The position numbers were made by a program, and so were the translations under genes. Shown here piece after piece: positions 51,631 to 62,416 of a stretch of 64,000 bases of DNA; position 1 is the first letter of the stretch, and each line of letters opens with the position of its first letter. Source of the DNA: an uncultured archaeon (GTDB taxonomy: Archaea; EX4484-52; JAADEF01); contig CAYOWP010000003.1 of NCBI GenBank assembly GCA_964407715.1, positions 1-64,000 on the forward strand, given 5' to 3'. Under the pieces are notes generated by a model. It was not told the DNA's origin. It worked only from the letters and a program-made list of their open reading frames with translations, and searched no databases.

Positions 51631-52298
51631 ACCTTTAAAAAAAGGTTAGTTGCTTCAATGCGGTTTTGATAGCAATATTTCCCGTTAACCATGTTCTTAT
51701 TTTGGAAAATATGGTTAAAGGGAAGCATACCATCTCAATAGCGCGTTAGAGCAGCTAACCTTTCTAATGGATTAGTGAGCAGCTAACCTTTAATTAGGTT
51801 AGTATGCTGCAATGTGGTTGTGAAAGCGATATCTTCCCGTTAACCATATCATTTATTTTAAAAAATGGTTAAAGGGAAACATACCTCTCTCATTCAGCAC
51901 ATTAGAGCAGCTAACCTTTTTATGCGGTTACCATGCTTCAAGACCTTAGTGATAGACGATTTCTTCCCGTTAACCATGTTCTTATTTTGGAAAATATGGT
52001 TAAAGGGAAGCTTACCCCATCAACAGCACATTAGAGCATCTAACCTATTGCAAAGGGTTACCATGCTACAAAACCTTTGTGAAAGAGATTTCCTCCCGTT
52101 AACCATATTTCAAAATAAAAATTTGGTTAACGAAACACCTACCCATATACCCAAAGCGCATTACAGCATCTAACCTGTTTAAGCGGTTAGCATGCTCTAA
52201 GAGCTGTGGTAATAAGGGAATTCTTCCTGTTAACCATTTTAAAAATGGTTAGCGAGATATATACTAATTCATTTTGCGTATCAAATCATCTAACCTTT
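51631..52298. repeat. Palindromic module array (4 units plus 2 partials, mostly reverse orientation)
   Basis: TGGTTAAAGGGAA...AGAGCAGCTAACC...GGTTA(G/C)(C/T)ATGCT...TTCCCGTTAACCA. Confidence 0.92.
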
Positions 52299-52387
52299 CT
52301 AAGCAGACAATAAGAATAAAATTTATATATAGTTGGTTTTGTTAATATATTATTATAATTGGGTTCCGAATAGGAGGTGAAGGAAGG

Positions 52388-52969
52388 ATGGGACATAAAA
52401 TATTATGGCATCCTGCGAAGTTTATAGATGAGAGAACAAAGAAAGATTTTGCAAGAGATGGCTATTGGTTCAGTTTATGGAGCAGCATAATTGTAGGGCT
52501 AACAGTAATCTTGTTATCTCTAATATTTACAAAAAGCGGATATTATGTAGAAGAGCTAACAATAAAAAAAGGGATAGTCATTTTTCTTGTATCATTCTCA
52601 GTGTATTATCTTTTAAACATATTGAGCGCATTTCTCACCCGTGAAATTGTTGGAATGCTAAAAAAGGATATTCTCTTTTATAAAGCATTAGCTGCAGTAT
52701 CATATCCTTATTTCCTTTTAAGTGTTGGCTTTGCATTAATGACAATCTTCGCGATTTTCCCTGGAATCAATATACTAACCCCTATAATAGGGATAATATT
52801 CATTGCAAGAAGTTATGGAATCTATATTAGATTTTTACATGAATATGCTAAGTTGGACAATATAGAGGCATATGTTGCAAGTGTTATCCTGATAAGTGCA
52901 TTAACATTTGGATTCATCATTGGAGTAAACATCTTATCTGCTGTTCCAGGAAATGTATTTGGCATGTAA
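52388..52969 (+). CDS. Yip1-like membrane protein
   Basis: ILWHPAKF at the N-terminus and five TM helices; GGAGGTGA RBS. Confidence 0.65.
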   Translation: MGHKILWHPAKFIDERTKKDFARDGYWFSLWSSIIVGLTVILLSLIFTKSGYYVEELTIKKGIVIFLVSFSVYYLLNILSAFLTREIVGMLKKDILFYKALAAVSYPYFLLSVGFALMTIFAIFPGINILTPIIGIIFIARSYGIYIRFLHEYAKLDNIEAYVASVILISALTFGFIIGVNILSAVPGNVFGM

Positions 52970-53033
52970 GATGATTTAAAATAAGAGAAATCACTATAAA
53001 AACGCGAAGAGATATCAAACTTTGAAGTATTGT

Positions 53034-55607
53034 TTATCTATATTCCTCTCCCCTCCATTTATCAAGTCTTCCCTTTTCACGAGCAGCGCTACCCAAAAAT
53101 GTATGTGTCTCCTCTGGATGAAGAAGCATACCCTCAAGTGGATCATATGCATGCTCTATAATTACTCTTTTTTGCTCAGCAAGTAATGCCTCATTTATAC
53201 CATAGAACTCTGGTGGTAATTTATCTGGAGGAATATCATTCTCCAAAGCAATCACCATATTCCTAAACACTAATGCACTTTGATAAATCCCATAACTCCC
53301 CATTTCCCATATAAAATATGCATCCTTCATACCCTTCTGCCTCAAAAGATACATCCATTCGTATAATGTATACATCTCCTCATTTAACATAAACAACGGC
53401 CCATGTTGCCCACCATAGGGTCTTGGAGCATTAACATGTAGCATCCTTATATACTTAGCCTCTCCATCATCTAATGTTTTCATATCTTCAACAGGGTCTA
53501 TTAAATTAAGGGAAAGATGCTCAAAATCCATAGTATAAGCAAATAAATCCTTATATGGTCCTTGAGACCTTGGAATGATATCCTTATCAGGATTCTCAAG
53601 CAATTTTGATGCATATTCAACTACGCTCTTAATTAGTATTATATGATCCTTTGCTTTCATAATTCTCAATCTACCTACTAAGCTCTCTCTAGAAGGCTGG
53701 TCAGTTTCTATAAACATCATAATTGGCTTTCCATCTGTTTTGCTTCCACCACGTTCTATATAATCCCATACACTATCATTATTAAATCTAACACCTTCAA
53801 TATTAAGGGCCCCTATTTTATATAACCACTCTGGTAATGTATCCATCGCCCACTCATCCTTAATAAATAAATGCCCTTGGATGTATTTTGCTGCTACTGC
53901 AGTAACAATATCCTCAGCAATCTGCAATGGTGTTCTTTGCTCCTTTGTGTAGATATAATCCTGAAATTCTCTTGTATATTTGTTAAGCCTATCCTTAAAT
54001 GGCTTCTCTCCCATCCCATCAACATATTCATAGAAATCCTTCATTCTTTTGAACCCAAAATTTGTAGCTAAGATAACATCATCTGGGTCATATGCATCAT
54101 CTATCTTAGTTTCGTATCTTTTTCCAACGATTTCTTGCCATAAGTAATCCTTATACTTATACATAAATTTAGCTGTTAAGATATATGCAACCTCCTCGCT
54201 TGCTTCACATCCTTTAATTACTGTCCAATATTCAAATGCGTCATCATAATCCATTCCTGATCGCGTAACAATATATAATGCTCTAAGTGCTTTTCTCTCC
54301 ATGTGTGTTATATCAAACTGGTAATATTCTTTATGTGTACCAGAAGATGCAATCTCCATTTCTTTTGAGTTAACTAGATTTGTTAGATGAATTTGTATAG
54401 TATGGATATTCAATCTATCTATATCCTCTGTTACAGGGTCAAATTCTGGAAGTATCCTTGGTAATAAGTTCCTTAATATTCCAAACTCCTCTGGTGCAAG
54501 AGATAACATGTGAAGTTTATCAGTGGTATCAACTTTCTTTGCTTTCTTTTCTATATCTTCTAATATCTCAATACTTCTTTCTAATATGCTCTTACTATCT
54601 TCCAATCTCTTCTTATCTTCCTCTGATATTCCTTTTCTCTGTAGCATCTTAATAACATTCAAAAGATCCTTCTTTAATGCCTCTTTATGGTCTTCTATAT
54701 TCTTAATCATTCTCTTTATATAATATCTCAAGATTTTCTTTCTAACATTCTCACGAAGCTCCTGTGCTCTCTTTATTCCCTCATCAAAGCTATCAAAATA
54801 ATAGAAGTAAAGTCCTATTTCTGGTTCAATAGCCTGACCTCTCATCTCAAAAAATATACTTAGGAATCTTGCCTTAAAATAATCCTTAAACCTAAAATTC
54901 TTTAGAGGTTTGTATATTTTTCTATAGCATGGATCAACAAAATAATTATATGTTTTACCTTCAAATATTGTTTTTTCCTCTCCATCCAATTGCTTTATCC
55001 ATATCCCCAAAGGAATACCTGTGTATGAAAAAAGCTGTCCTCTCATATAATATCTCTCCTCTCCTGAAATACCAAACACTATATTAGGTCTTGGAGAGGA
55101 AGATGAGTGAAATAAAAAATATTTTGCTCCTAATATATCACCAGCCGCATATGCTGATCTCTGTATGCTTCTGTGATGTAATGTCCATTGATTTGCATAT
55201 GCTATACATAAATCCACGCCTGCCTCTCCAACAACAGGAGCATGTAATCCAACTTCCAATCCCTGATATCTCTTTGCCTCTTCTATCATCTTCCAGAGAT
55301 ATCTCTCGTTAATTTCTGATATTGCCTCAAAGTCTAATTGAATAAATTCAAATCCATAAAGTGCACCTTTCATATATTTTCTCATTAATCCCAAATCCTT
55401 AAATCCTTCAGGGGATCTTTTTATTTGAGCAAATCCAGGAGTTACCCCAATTATATATCCCACAGGTCTATTGAGATCATCCCATCTCTTTTCTTTTTTA
55501 TAATATAACCAATTAAAATCTATCTTTGCATTTTGATCTTTACTTCCTTTCTCCTGCTCTTTCTTGTTTTTATTTTTTTTATTGAACAAAAAGGAAAAGA
55601 TACCCAT
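53034..55607 (-). CDS. Large TIM-barrel protein of the AP-endonuclease-2/xylose isomerase-like superfamily with a long insertion
   Basis: GLHAP, FHSS, FIET, MDFEH, LHVN, HGP, WEMG metal-ligand series; central coiled coil. Confidence 0.6.
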   Translation of the reverse strand: MGIFSFLFNKKNKNKKEQEKGSKDQNAKIDFNWLYYKKEKRWDDLNRPVGYIIGVTPGFAQIKRSPEGFKDLGLMRKYMKGALYGFEFIQLDFEAISEINERYLWKMIEEAKRYQGLEVGLHAPVVGEAGVDLCIAYANQWTLHHRSIQRSAYAAGDILGAKYFLFHSSSSPRPNIVFGISGEERYYMRGQLFSYTGIPLGIWIKQLDGEEKTIFEGKTYNYFVDPCYRKIYKPLKNFRFKDYFKARFLSIFFEMRGQAIEPEIGLYFYYFDSFDEGIKRAQELRENVRKKILRYYIKRMIKNIEDHKEALKKDLLNVIKMLQRKGISEEDKKRLEDSKSILERSIEILEDIEKKAKKVDTTDKLHMLSLAPEEFGILRNLLPRILPEFDPVTEDIDRLNIHTIQIHLTNLVNSKEMEIASSGTHKEYYQFDITHMERKALRALYIVTRSGMDYDDAFEYWTVIKGCEASEEVAYILTAKFMYKYKDYLWQEIVGKRYETKIDDAYDPDDVILATNFGFKRMKDFYEYVDGMGEKPFKDRLNKYTREFQDYIYTKEQRTPLQIAEDIVTAVAAKYIQGHLFIKDEWAMDTLPEWLYKIGALNIEGVRFNNDSVWDYIERGGSKTDGKPIMMFIETDQPSRESLVGRLRIMKAKDHIILIKSVVEYASKLLENPDKDIIPRSQGPYKDLFAYTMDFEHLSLNLIDPVEDMKTLDDGEAKYIRMLHVNAPRPYGGQHGPLFMLNEEMYTLYEWMYLLRQKGMKDAYFIWEMGSYGIYQSALVFRNMVIALENDIPPDKLPPEFYGINEALLAEQKRVIIEHAYDPLEGMLLHPEETHTFLGSAAREKGRLDKWRGEEYR

Positions 55608-55710
55608 ATAATTATAGATATATCCTTGGGATAAATATATTTTTGGTTAACTGAGAGAGTAGTCTCTTATATTAGCAGATATCTTCTCAAAATAAGCAAC
55701 ATTTGATCTT

Positions 55711-56268
55711 CTAAACAGGTATCTTTACACATCCCTGTTCTTGACAAAGAGTAAGTAAATAATTAACAGCATATTTATTTCCTAATATCACCCCATTAGG
55801 TAGTTTACAAAATGAATATTCGTTATTAAGGTATATTTTCTCACCTTTCATATTGTCACACATCTTTTTTTCATATTCCTTTCCCATGAAATATCCATTT
55901 TTCTCTTGTGAGTCTGTAGGATATCCCTTTATTAAAATTAAAGTCCCATTTCTTAATATGCCAAATAATAATGGTACTCCTCCATCCCATTTGTAACCAT
56001 AATGATCCTCTAAATACTTAGCATATTCACTTCCATCTTCTATTTTTACAACAGAAATACTTGGATATTTATCATGCATATCTTCCAGATAAGACATCAT
56101 ATAATGACAGTGAGGACAAAAAGAAGAATAAATGAGATAGATGACACTACCATTGACATTTTCTTCATTTTCTTTTGGTAAGTTTTCCTCATTAACACAA
56201 CCAGATAGAAATATAAAATTAACCAATAAAAACACAATGGATAAGTTAAGAATATCTCTTTTCTTCAT
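55711..56268 (-). CDS. Thioredoxin-fold lipoprotein
   Basis: Lipobox LSGC, CPHC, GVP. Confidence 0.8.
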   Translation of the reverse strand: MKKRDILNLSIVFLLVNFIFLSGCVNEENLPKENEENVNGSVIYLIYSSFCPHCHYMMSYLEDMHDKYPSISVVKIEDGSEYAKYLEDHYGYKWDGGVPLLFGILRNGTLILIKGYPTDSQEKNGYFMGKEYEKKMCDNMKGEKIYLNNEYSFCKLPNGVILGNKYAVNYLLTLCQEQGCVKIPV

Positions 56269-56280
56269 ACTTCTCTCACC

Positions 56281-56934
56281 TTATATCATGAAAAATACAG
56301 CAATCAATAGCAGACCAGCTATTAAATGCAAATATCTTATATTTTTTTCTCTCCACATAAGAATCTTTCGTGGCATTGTACCAAATCCTATAATCAAAGT
56401 AATAAGTATCATAGGTAATACAAAAATCAAGTTATAATATGCTAAATATATAAATTTGGACAATGAGAATCTCATCAATATCAATGCACTAAGATAAGGT
56501 CCTGAAGAACAAGGCAACAATAGAAGAGAGCACAACATAGCTACAGGAATAGCCATAAAAGGACTTGTAGTAGCTTTTATAACTTTCTGCGCTATTGGTC
56601 GAAAACGCATAGGCATCTCCATAGCTATAAAGCCAGGTTTATATCTGAAGTATGCCTGTATTTCCATAAAAATCATTACAAGCAATAGAATTCTCAATAT
56701 CCACTTAAGTATGCTTTCCATTCCTATCACATATATTATGCTTAAAATCCCAAGACCATAAAGAAAGTACATAACATATATTGTCAATGTGAAAAATATA
56801 CCTCCTATTATTGCACTTCTCCTTCCTTTAGTTATTAAAAGAGCTGATAGTAAGAGAGCTTGCACTGCTATCGTACAAGGATTAACTGCATCAACCAACG
56901 CAAGAAGAGTAATATTCAAAAATTCATCAAACAT
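56281..56934 (-). CDS. CcdA/DsbD-like membrane electron transporter
   Basis: DAVNPC and LPCSSGPY, YNLIFVLP; six TM helices. Confidence 0.85.
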   Translation of the reverse strand: MFDEFLNITLLALVDAVNPCTIAVQALLLSALLITKGRRSAIIGGIFFTLTIYVMYFLYGLGILSIIYVIGMESILKWILRILLLVMIFMEIQAYFRYKPGFIAMEMPMRFRPIAQKVIKATTSPFMAIPVAMLCSLLLLPCSSGPYLSALILMRFSLSKFIYLAYYNLIFVLPMILITLIIGFGTMPRKILMWREKNIRYLHLIAGLLLIAVFFMI

Positions 56935-57068
56935 ATATAAAATTCCCTCTTATGCTATTTTAAAAAATTTTTTAATAACCTCATCTAAAAACTCTCTTTT
57001 TCTCTAAAAAATAAAGTAGCAATATATTCGTAGAAGCAACATCATCTTAACTAAAATTTTTATTAAAA

Positions 57069-57915
57069 TGGTTAACGAAAAGCAAATCTTGTCAATAGCA
57101 CATTACACCAGCTAACCTCAAAAAAGGTACCATGCTACAAAGCCTTCGTTGGAGGAATTCTTCCTGTTAACCATATCTCTTAATCTCTTAAAAAATAAAA
57201 AATTGGTTAACGGGAAACATAATCTCTTCATTCAGCATATTGAAGCAGCTATCCTTTTTAGAAAAGGTTAGCATGCTACGAAGCATTTGTGAGAGCGATA
57301 TCTTCCCGTTAACCATTATTTTAAAATAATTGGTTAACGGGAAACATACATTATCATAAAGCCATATCAGAGCAGCTAACCTTCAAAAGATGGTATCATG
57401 CTCCAAACCCTTTGGTAAGGCGATATCTTCCCGTTAACCAATTATTATTTTAAAAATTTGGTTAAGGGAAAAATAGCCAATTCATTTAGCATATCAGAGC
57501 ATCTAACCTTCTTAACCGGTTAGAAAGCAGCTAACCTTTAAAAGAGGTTAGCATGCTGCAAAACCTTTCGGAGAGATATTTTCTCCCCTTAACCATATCA
57601 TTTATTTTAAAAATGGTTAAGGGGAACCATACCTTTCTCCTTCAGCATATTGAAGCAGCTAACCTCATGAAGGCGTTTTGAAAGCAGCTATCCTTTTTAG
57701 AAAAGGTACCATGCTGCAAAGCCTTTCTGAGAGCGATATTCTCCCATTAACCAATTTTTATTTTTTTTTTAAAATTAGTTAACGGGAAAACATACCTCAT
57801 CGAGAACCACATTCCAGCAGCTATCCCTTTTTAAGAGGTTAGTGAGCCTCTAACCTTTCTAAGCAGTTATCATGCTACAAAGCCTTTGGTAATAGCGATT
57901 TTCTTGCGTTAACCA
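57069..57915. repeat. Palindromic module array (6 units, reverse orientation)
   Basis: Six successive T(G/A)GTTAA...TTAACCA units: three short, then three long. Confidence 0.93.
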
Positions 57916-57986
57916 GTTTTCATTTATTTATTGGAGATAATTGAAAGAGAAACTTTTTTAAATCCAAAAAATATATGGAAATATTA

Positions 57987-58045
57987 GCGATGATTAAGCC
58001 GTCCCAGGATGATAAAAAGATGATTATTTAGGGTAGCTCATGAGC
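57987..58045 (+). ncRNA. Box C/D-like sRNA 1
   Basis: GCGATGA-15nt-ATGA-5nt-AGATGA-16nt-ATGA-GC. Confidence 0.65.
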
Positions 58046-58079
58046 AGTACAATATCTTTTTCAAGAAATCTCATTAAAA

Positions 58080-58139
58080 AGGGCGATGATTAAAAGACCG
58101 TAAGATGATGTGTGATTATGTGAACACCCAATGAGCCCT
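58080..58139 (+). ncRNA. Box C/D-like sRNA 2
   Basis: Terminal stem AGGGC/GCCCT; GCGATGA-15nt-ATGA-TGTGTGA-15nt-ATGA. Confidence 0.7.
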
Positions 58140-58182
58140 CTTAACAATATTTTTAAACACAAATTAAGGATAAATATATTAT

Positions 58183-58917
58183 ATGGCATTGCCTAAAAGA
58201 CAAATAAAAGATGAAGAGCAAAGAAAAATTTTTGGAAAGATTTTTGATAATTTGGTAATCCAGGATCTCTTTAAATTAAAAGCAAAGGGCATATATGATA
58301 CCTATGGAGGACTCTTAGAAGAGGGAAAAGAAAGCAGAATACTCTTGGTTTATAAAGATGAAGAGCCAAGAATTATAAAGATATACAAAATAGAAGCCGG
58401 GAACTTTAAAAATATGCTTCGATATCTTGAAGGAGATGAAAGATTTAAAAAGATTAGAGAGAGAAGGAGAGATATAATATATGCATGGTGTAAAAAGGAA
58501 TATCATAATCTACTTATAGCAAAAAAAGTTGGTATATCTTCACCAGAACCTTATGATTATATTCATAATATAATTGCTATGGAGATGCTCGGAGAAAATG
58601 CTCCATATCCGCAGCTTAAGGATATCGTATTATCAAAACCTGAAAAAGTTCTTAAAAATATATTATCTCAAATTGAAATCTTACTAAAAAAAGGAAAACT
58701 TGTACATGGAGATATAAGCGAGTTTAATATTCTTATAGATTCAAAAGAAAGACCCTATTTTATAGATTTTGGTCAAGCAGTATTAACATCACATCCATTT
58801 GCCAAAGAATTCCTTAAAAGAGACATAAAAAATTTAATAAATTATTTTTATAAAGAATATAATATTGAAAATGATGCTGATGAAATATATGCAAGGATGT
58901 GTAACGGTGTATTTTAA
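58183..58917 (+). CDS. rio1: RIO1 family protein kinase
   Basis: GKES, KIYK, WCKKEYHNL, LVHGDISEFNIL, IDFGQAV. Confidence 0.93.
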   Translation: MALPKRQIKDEEQRKIFGKIFDNLVIQDLFKLKAKGIYDTYGGLLEEGKESRILLVYKDEEPRIIKIYKIEAGNFKNMLRYLEGDERFKKIRERRRDIIYAWCKKEYHNLLIAKKVGISSPEPYDYIHNIIAMEMLGENAPYPQLKDIVLSKPEKVLKNILSQIEILLKKGKLVHGDISEFNILIDSKERPYFIDFGQAVLTSHPFAKEFLKRDIKNLINYFYKEYNIENDADEIYARMCNGVF

Positions 58918-59462
58918 TGAGTTCTTATGAGATTGTATTCTCGGTACCCGAGGATAGAATAGGTGTATTTATAGGTAAAAAAGGAGAGACAAAGAGAATG
59001 TTAGAGAATTCTCTTGGTGTAAAGATAAAAATTGATACGCAAGATAGCAAAGTCATATTCATATTGGATCACGAAGATCCTTTAAAAGAGGTTAAAATAC
59101 AAGATATCATGGATGCCATATCTCATGGCTTTTCTCCAGAGGTTTCATTGAATCTATTAGATGATAGATATGTACTCTATAAAATAAATTTAAGGGAAAT
59201 ATATGGAAAAAACAATAAAAAGACCATTACAAGATATAAAGGCAGAGTAATAGGTGAAAAAGGATCATTTAAAAGGAAGATAGAAGAATATACCGATACT
59301 AATATATCTATCTATGATGACTATATTTATATTATAGGTAAATTAGAAGATGTATTAACTGCAAAAGAGGGAATTGAAATGATTTTACAAGGTGCAAAGC
59401 ATTCATCAGTGATTTCCTTTTTTGAGAAAAAAGCTTTTGAAAAAAATCTCATGTTAAGATGA
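58917..59462 (+). CDS. KH-domain RNA-processing protein (Dim2/Pno1-like)
   Basis: RIGVFIGKKG, GFSPE, KGRVIGEKG, GAKH; conserved linkage to rio1. Confidence 0.92.
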   Translation: MSSYEIVFSVPEDRIGVFIGKKGETKRMLENSLGVKIKIDTQDSKVIFILDHEDPLKEVKIQDIMDAISHGFSPEVSLNLLDDRYVLYKINLREIYGKNNKKTITRYKGRVIGEKGSFKRKIEEYTDTNISIYDDYIYIIGKLEDVLTAKEGIEMILQGAKHSSVISFFEKKAFEKNLMLR

Positions 59463-59472
59463 GGCGAATTAT

Positions 59473-60303
59473 ATGGCTAAAAAAGAAATATTTTCATTTT
59501 GGGGTCCTGTGATTGGAGCATTAAAAAATAAAAAAACAGCATTATATTTTGGATTGGCATTTGGAATTATTCAAATTCTTATCTCTCTAATCCTCTCTAC
59601 GCATTATAGCTCTATAGCTATGCTTGCTATAATAATTCTCTTTATTCTCTATATTTTATTGGATATAATGTTTTTAGGTGTCTTGGTCTCGTACATTCAT
59701 CTACTAATGAAGAAAAAATCATATGTATCTTTGGACGATGAAACTCTAAATCTTAGAGATGTTTTATCAAAAGGTTTTGGTGCTTTTATTGTTAGTCTTA
59801 TATGGGGAATATTAATAGTAGCAATTGGTGGAATCGTTATAGTGGCACTTTTTAGCTTACTCTTTTTTATTTTGCAATTATTAATCTCAACTCCCTCATT
59901 ACTAATGCTCAGCGGTTTATCTGCTCTATTATTAATTATCCTCATTTTAATGGGTATAGGAGGATATTATCTTCACTTCCTTATTAACGCATATTATTCC
60001 CTAAACTTCCGCGTTTCTGATGCTCTTAAATTCAAAGAGATAATACGTAAAGCATTTAGCGAAAAATATCTTGTTGTGGTATTAAAGTCTATTTTAATGG
60101 GCATCTGCATTATGATTGTATTATCTCCTTTTATGATGGGATATTCAACATTTGAAAGCACACCTTATAAAGAGAATTTTTTAAATAACATTTTAAATAT
60201 ATTTCTTTTATTAATATCTTCAATTATAGGTGTATTTTCATCCTTTATTTTTTCCTATTATTCATTTGAAGGATATGAAAGGACAAAAAGTAGCATGTCA
60301 TAA
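59473..60303 (+). CDS. Membrane protein (DUF4013-like)
   Basis: Multiple TM helices, ALKFKEI. Confidence 0.6.
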   Translation: MAKKEIFSFWGPVIGALKNKKTALYFGLAFGIIQILISLILSTHYSSIAMLAIIILFILYILLDIMFLGVLVSYIHLLMKKKSYVSLDDETLNLRDVLSKGFGAFIVSLIWGILIVAIGGIVIVALFSLLFFILQLLISTPSLLMLSGLSALLLIILILMGIGGYYLHFLINAYYSLNFRVSDALKFKEIIRKAFSEKYLVVVLKSILMGICIMIVLSPFMMGYSTFESTPYKENFLNNILNIFLLLISSIIGVFSSFIFSYYSFEGYERTKSSMS

Positions 60304-60317
60304 GAAGGTGAGTTTTA

Positions 60318-60626
60318 ATGGCTGAACACGCATTACAGATAAAACCACCTGAAGATGTCGTATTGGTTGTGATGGGCAAAAGCGGCCAACAATTTGAGTT
60401 GCCTGCTGGCAAATTCACATTAATAACATTTGATTATGAAGGAGATACATTGATATTTGAAGGCAAAACTATAAAACAAATAGCAACGCTAAAAACGATT
60501 TCAGATATGTTCTGGATGATATTGTCACTAACAGCAAAAGGTTTTGAGGTCAAACCTAATGAGCCTCTCGAAATCTTAAAAAAAGTTTTAAATGAAAATA
60601 CCTCTCAAAAGAAGAAGGAGCAGTGA
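60318..60626 (+). CDS. Hypothetical protein
   Basis: 102 aa with AGGTGA RBS. Confidence 0.7.
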   Translation: MAEHALQIKPPEDVVLVVMGKSGQQFELPAGKFTLITFDYEGDTLIFEGKTIKQIATLKTISDMFWMILSLTAKGFEVKPNEPLEILKKVLNENTSQKKKEQ

Positions 60627-61210
60627 AAGAAATGGTAGAGAAATGTAAGAATTGCGGTTATAAAATTAGTAAAGATTGGCATTATTGTCCACGATGTGGT
60701 TTTTGTATTGATAGATGGTATGATAAGATCAATTTTGGACTTGATGAAATAATAAATCATATTATCAGAGATATTCAGAATGTTCTATTCAAGAATGTGC
60801 TCAAAATAGATATAAAACCTCTCAACATAGAGGTTTCTTCTCAATCCCCTTCTACTCCACTTCACAAAGGCGCATATACGAGCAAGATGAAAAAAGAAAA
60901 TAAAGAGCCTTCCAAATTCATAAGAAATGTAAAGGAAATCGTAGAGCCAGAAGCAAATATAATAAAAGGAGAAGATTTCACAGAGGTTGAGATGGATGTT
61001 AAAGGCGTAAAAAGCATAGATGATGTGTTTATTGTGCTATATGACAACTCCGCTGAGATCAGAGCATATACAGAAAACAATGAAAAAATGTATTTTAAGA
61101 TTGTTGAGATTCCTCCATATGCAGATGTTGCAGACAAAGTTCTAAAGAAAGATGGTAAACTAATCTTAAGATTTGAAATAATGGATTATTATGATGAAGA
61201 TAGCCATTAA
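60623..61210 (+). CDS. Zinc-ribbon plus Hsp20-like domain protein
   Basis: CKNCG..W.YCPRCG; EPEA..., VKGVKSIDDV, EIRA, YFKIV, DGKLIL. Confidence 0.7.
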   Translation: MKEMVEKCKNCGYKISKDWHYCPRCGFCIDRWYDKINFGLDEIINHIIRDIQNVLFKNVLKIDIKPLNIEVSSQSPSTPLHKGAYTSKMKKENKEPSKFIRNVKEIVEPEANIIKGEDFTEVEMDVKGVKSIDDVFIVLYDNSAEIRAYTENNEKMYFKIVEIPPYADVADKVLKKDGKLILRFEIMDYYDEDSH

Positions 61211-61217
61211 AAATAGG

Positions 61218-62357
61218 TTAGCTATTTATTATGCTAATTATCGCATTCATATAATTCTCTACTGCTCTCTGAGTAGTCATCTCATGGAGCTTATGTTGAT
61301 AAATAGTAGGTATTTGTAATGTAATTCCTCTCACGTTAACTCCATTCTGAAGTAATCTTCCCAATTCTGTTTTCCCTTCTTTTTTATCATAAATCTCATA
61401 TGGAATGTTGTTATTCCTTAAGATTCTTACAATGTCTGAAACAAAATTCTGATCATACTCGCTAAGTGCATCTCTACTTCTGATTATCACCTCTCCTTCC
61501 TCAATCTTATCTTTCTCTTCTTTTCTATACGGACGTGTATCCAACACGATTAAAGGAACATCCTGAGTTTTGAGAATTTCCTCATAGAAATGCTTAAGGC
61601 ACTTCCAACTTTCACCTATCTCTTCACGAGTTGTGAATATCAAGGAAATCTTTTCTCTAAATAAAGAAGCATATTTTTTATCTTTAAGTAGAGCAAGAAT
61701 AACTGAGATCGATATAGCATTATCAATTTGTCCATATATGTATCCTGTTGGTGAAATAATAAGAAATGGTTCAAAGGCAACTGGAGTATCTTCTCTCAGT
61801 TTATCCTTTTTTTCAAACCATTGAACATAATAAGCGAGAGTTAACTTTATCCTATTATCATCTATATATGTTATATACTTTGGCGAACATGTACCTAGCA
61901 GTTTTCCTCTTGCTAAGATCTCTCCAGTTAATGGATTATAAGCATACACTTTCTCATTAGTATATCTATTACAAATCTCCCTAATGGAATAAGGAGAAAT
62001 TGTGTGAGATCTTGAAAACTCATCTTTATCAAATACAACAGCATCTTCATCAACAACATAAAATCCATGTCTATCTGTATGAATAGAGAATACTATCTCT
62101 GGTCGGGATGTGAGAATTGGGATTTTAGCAGGAATGTTATCAACTTCTGGAATTCTTAGAATGCCGTATACTGTCTCCGGTCGGGAAGGTAAAGCATAGA
62201 GATATTTTATTTCTTCTTTTTCAGTTATCCTACATTCCTGGTAGTTTCGTTTTATATCCTTATAGATGGATCTCAATAATACATCTTCATATTTCACAAC
62301 ACATGGAGTATTAATTATTTCTTTAAGGATTTTCTCAAATTGTCTCTCCTTTTTCAT
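61218..62357 (-). CDS. M42/M28-family metallopeptidase
   Basis: SIHTDRH, QIDN, TTREEIG, LDT, H..HE. Confidence 0.8.
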   Translation of the reverse strand: MKKERQFEKILKEIINTPCVVKYEDVLLRSIYKDIKRNYQECRITEKEEIKYLYALPSRPETVYGILRIPEVDNIPAKIPILTSRPEIVFSIHTDRHGFYVVDEDAVVFDKDEFSRSHTISPYSIREICNRYTNEKVYAYNPLTGEILARGKLLGTCSPKYITYIDDNRIKLTLAYYVQWFEKKDKLREDTPVAFEPFLIISPTGYIYGQIDNAISISVILALLKDKKYASLFREKISLIFTTREEIGESWKCLKHFYEEILKTQDVPLIVLDTRPYRKEEKDKIEEGEVIIRSRDALSEYDQNFVSDIVRILRNNNIPYEIYDKKEGKTELGRLLQNGVNVRGITLQIPTIYQHKLHEMTTQRAVENYMNAIISIINS

Positions 62358-62416
62358 ATTCCTTTATTATAAAATTCAGTAAATTTTAAAAAATTAACGC
62401 ATATAAACACATTCAA

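Noticed and set aside
51865-52173. 102-aa ORF with QHIRAxNL / DFxPLT repeats
   Set aside because: It is a translation of the repeat units, and the frame is not kept in other arrays
55624-55690. Possible highly degenerate module (TGGTTAAC...ATTAGCAGATATC)
   Set aside because: Too short and too diverged to call with confidence
57069-57915. Repeat arrays as CRISPR
   Set aside because: There is no invariant 25-45-bp repeat with unique spacers; variation is spread through 110-138-bp palindromic units, and no cas genes are present
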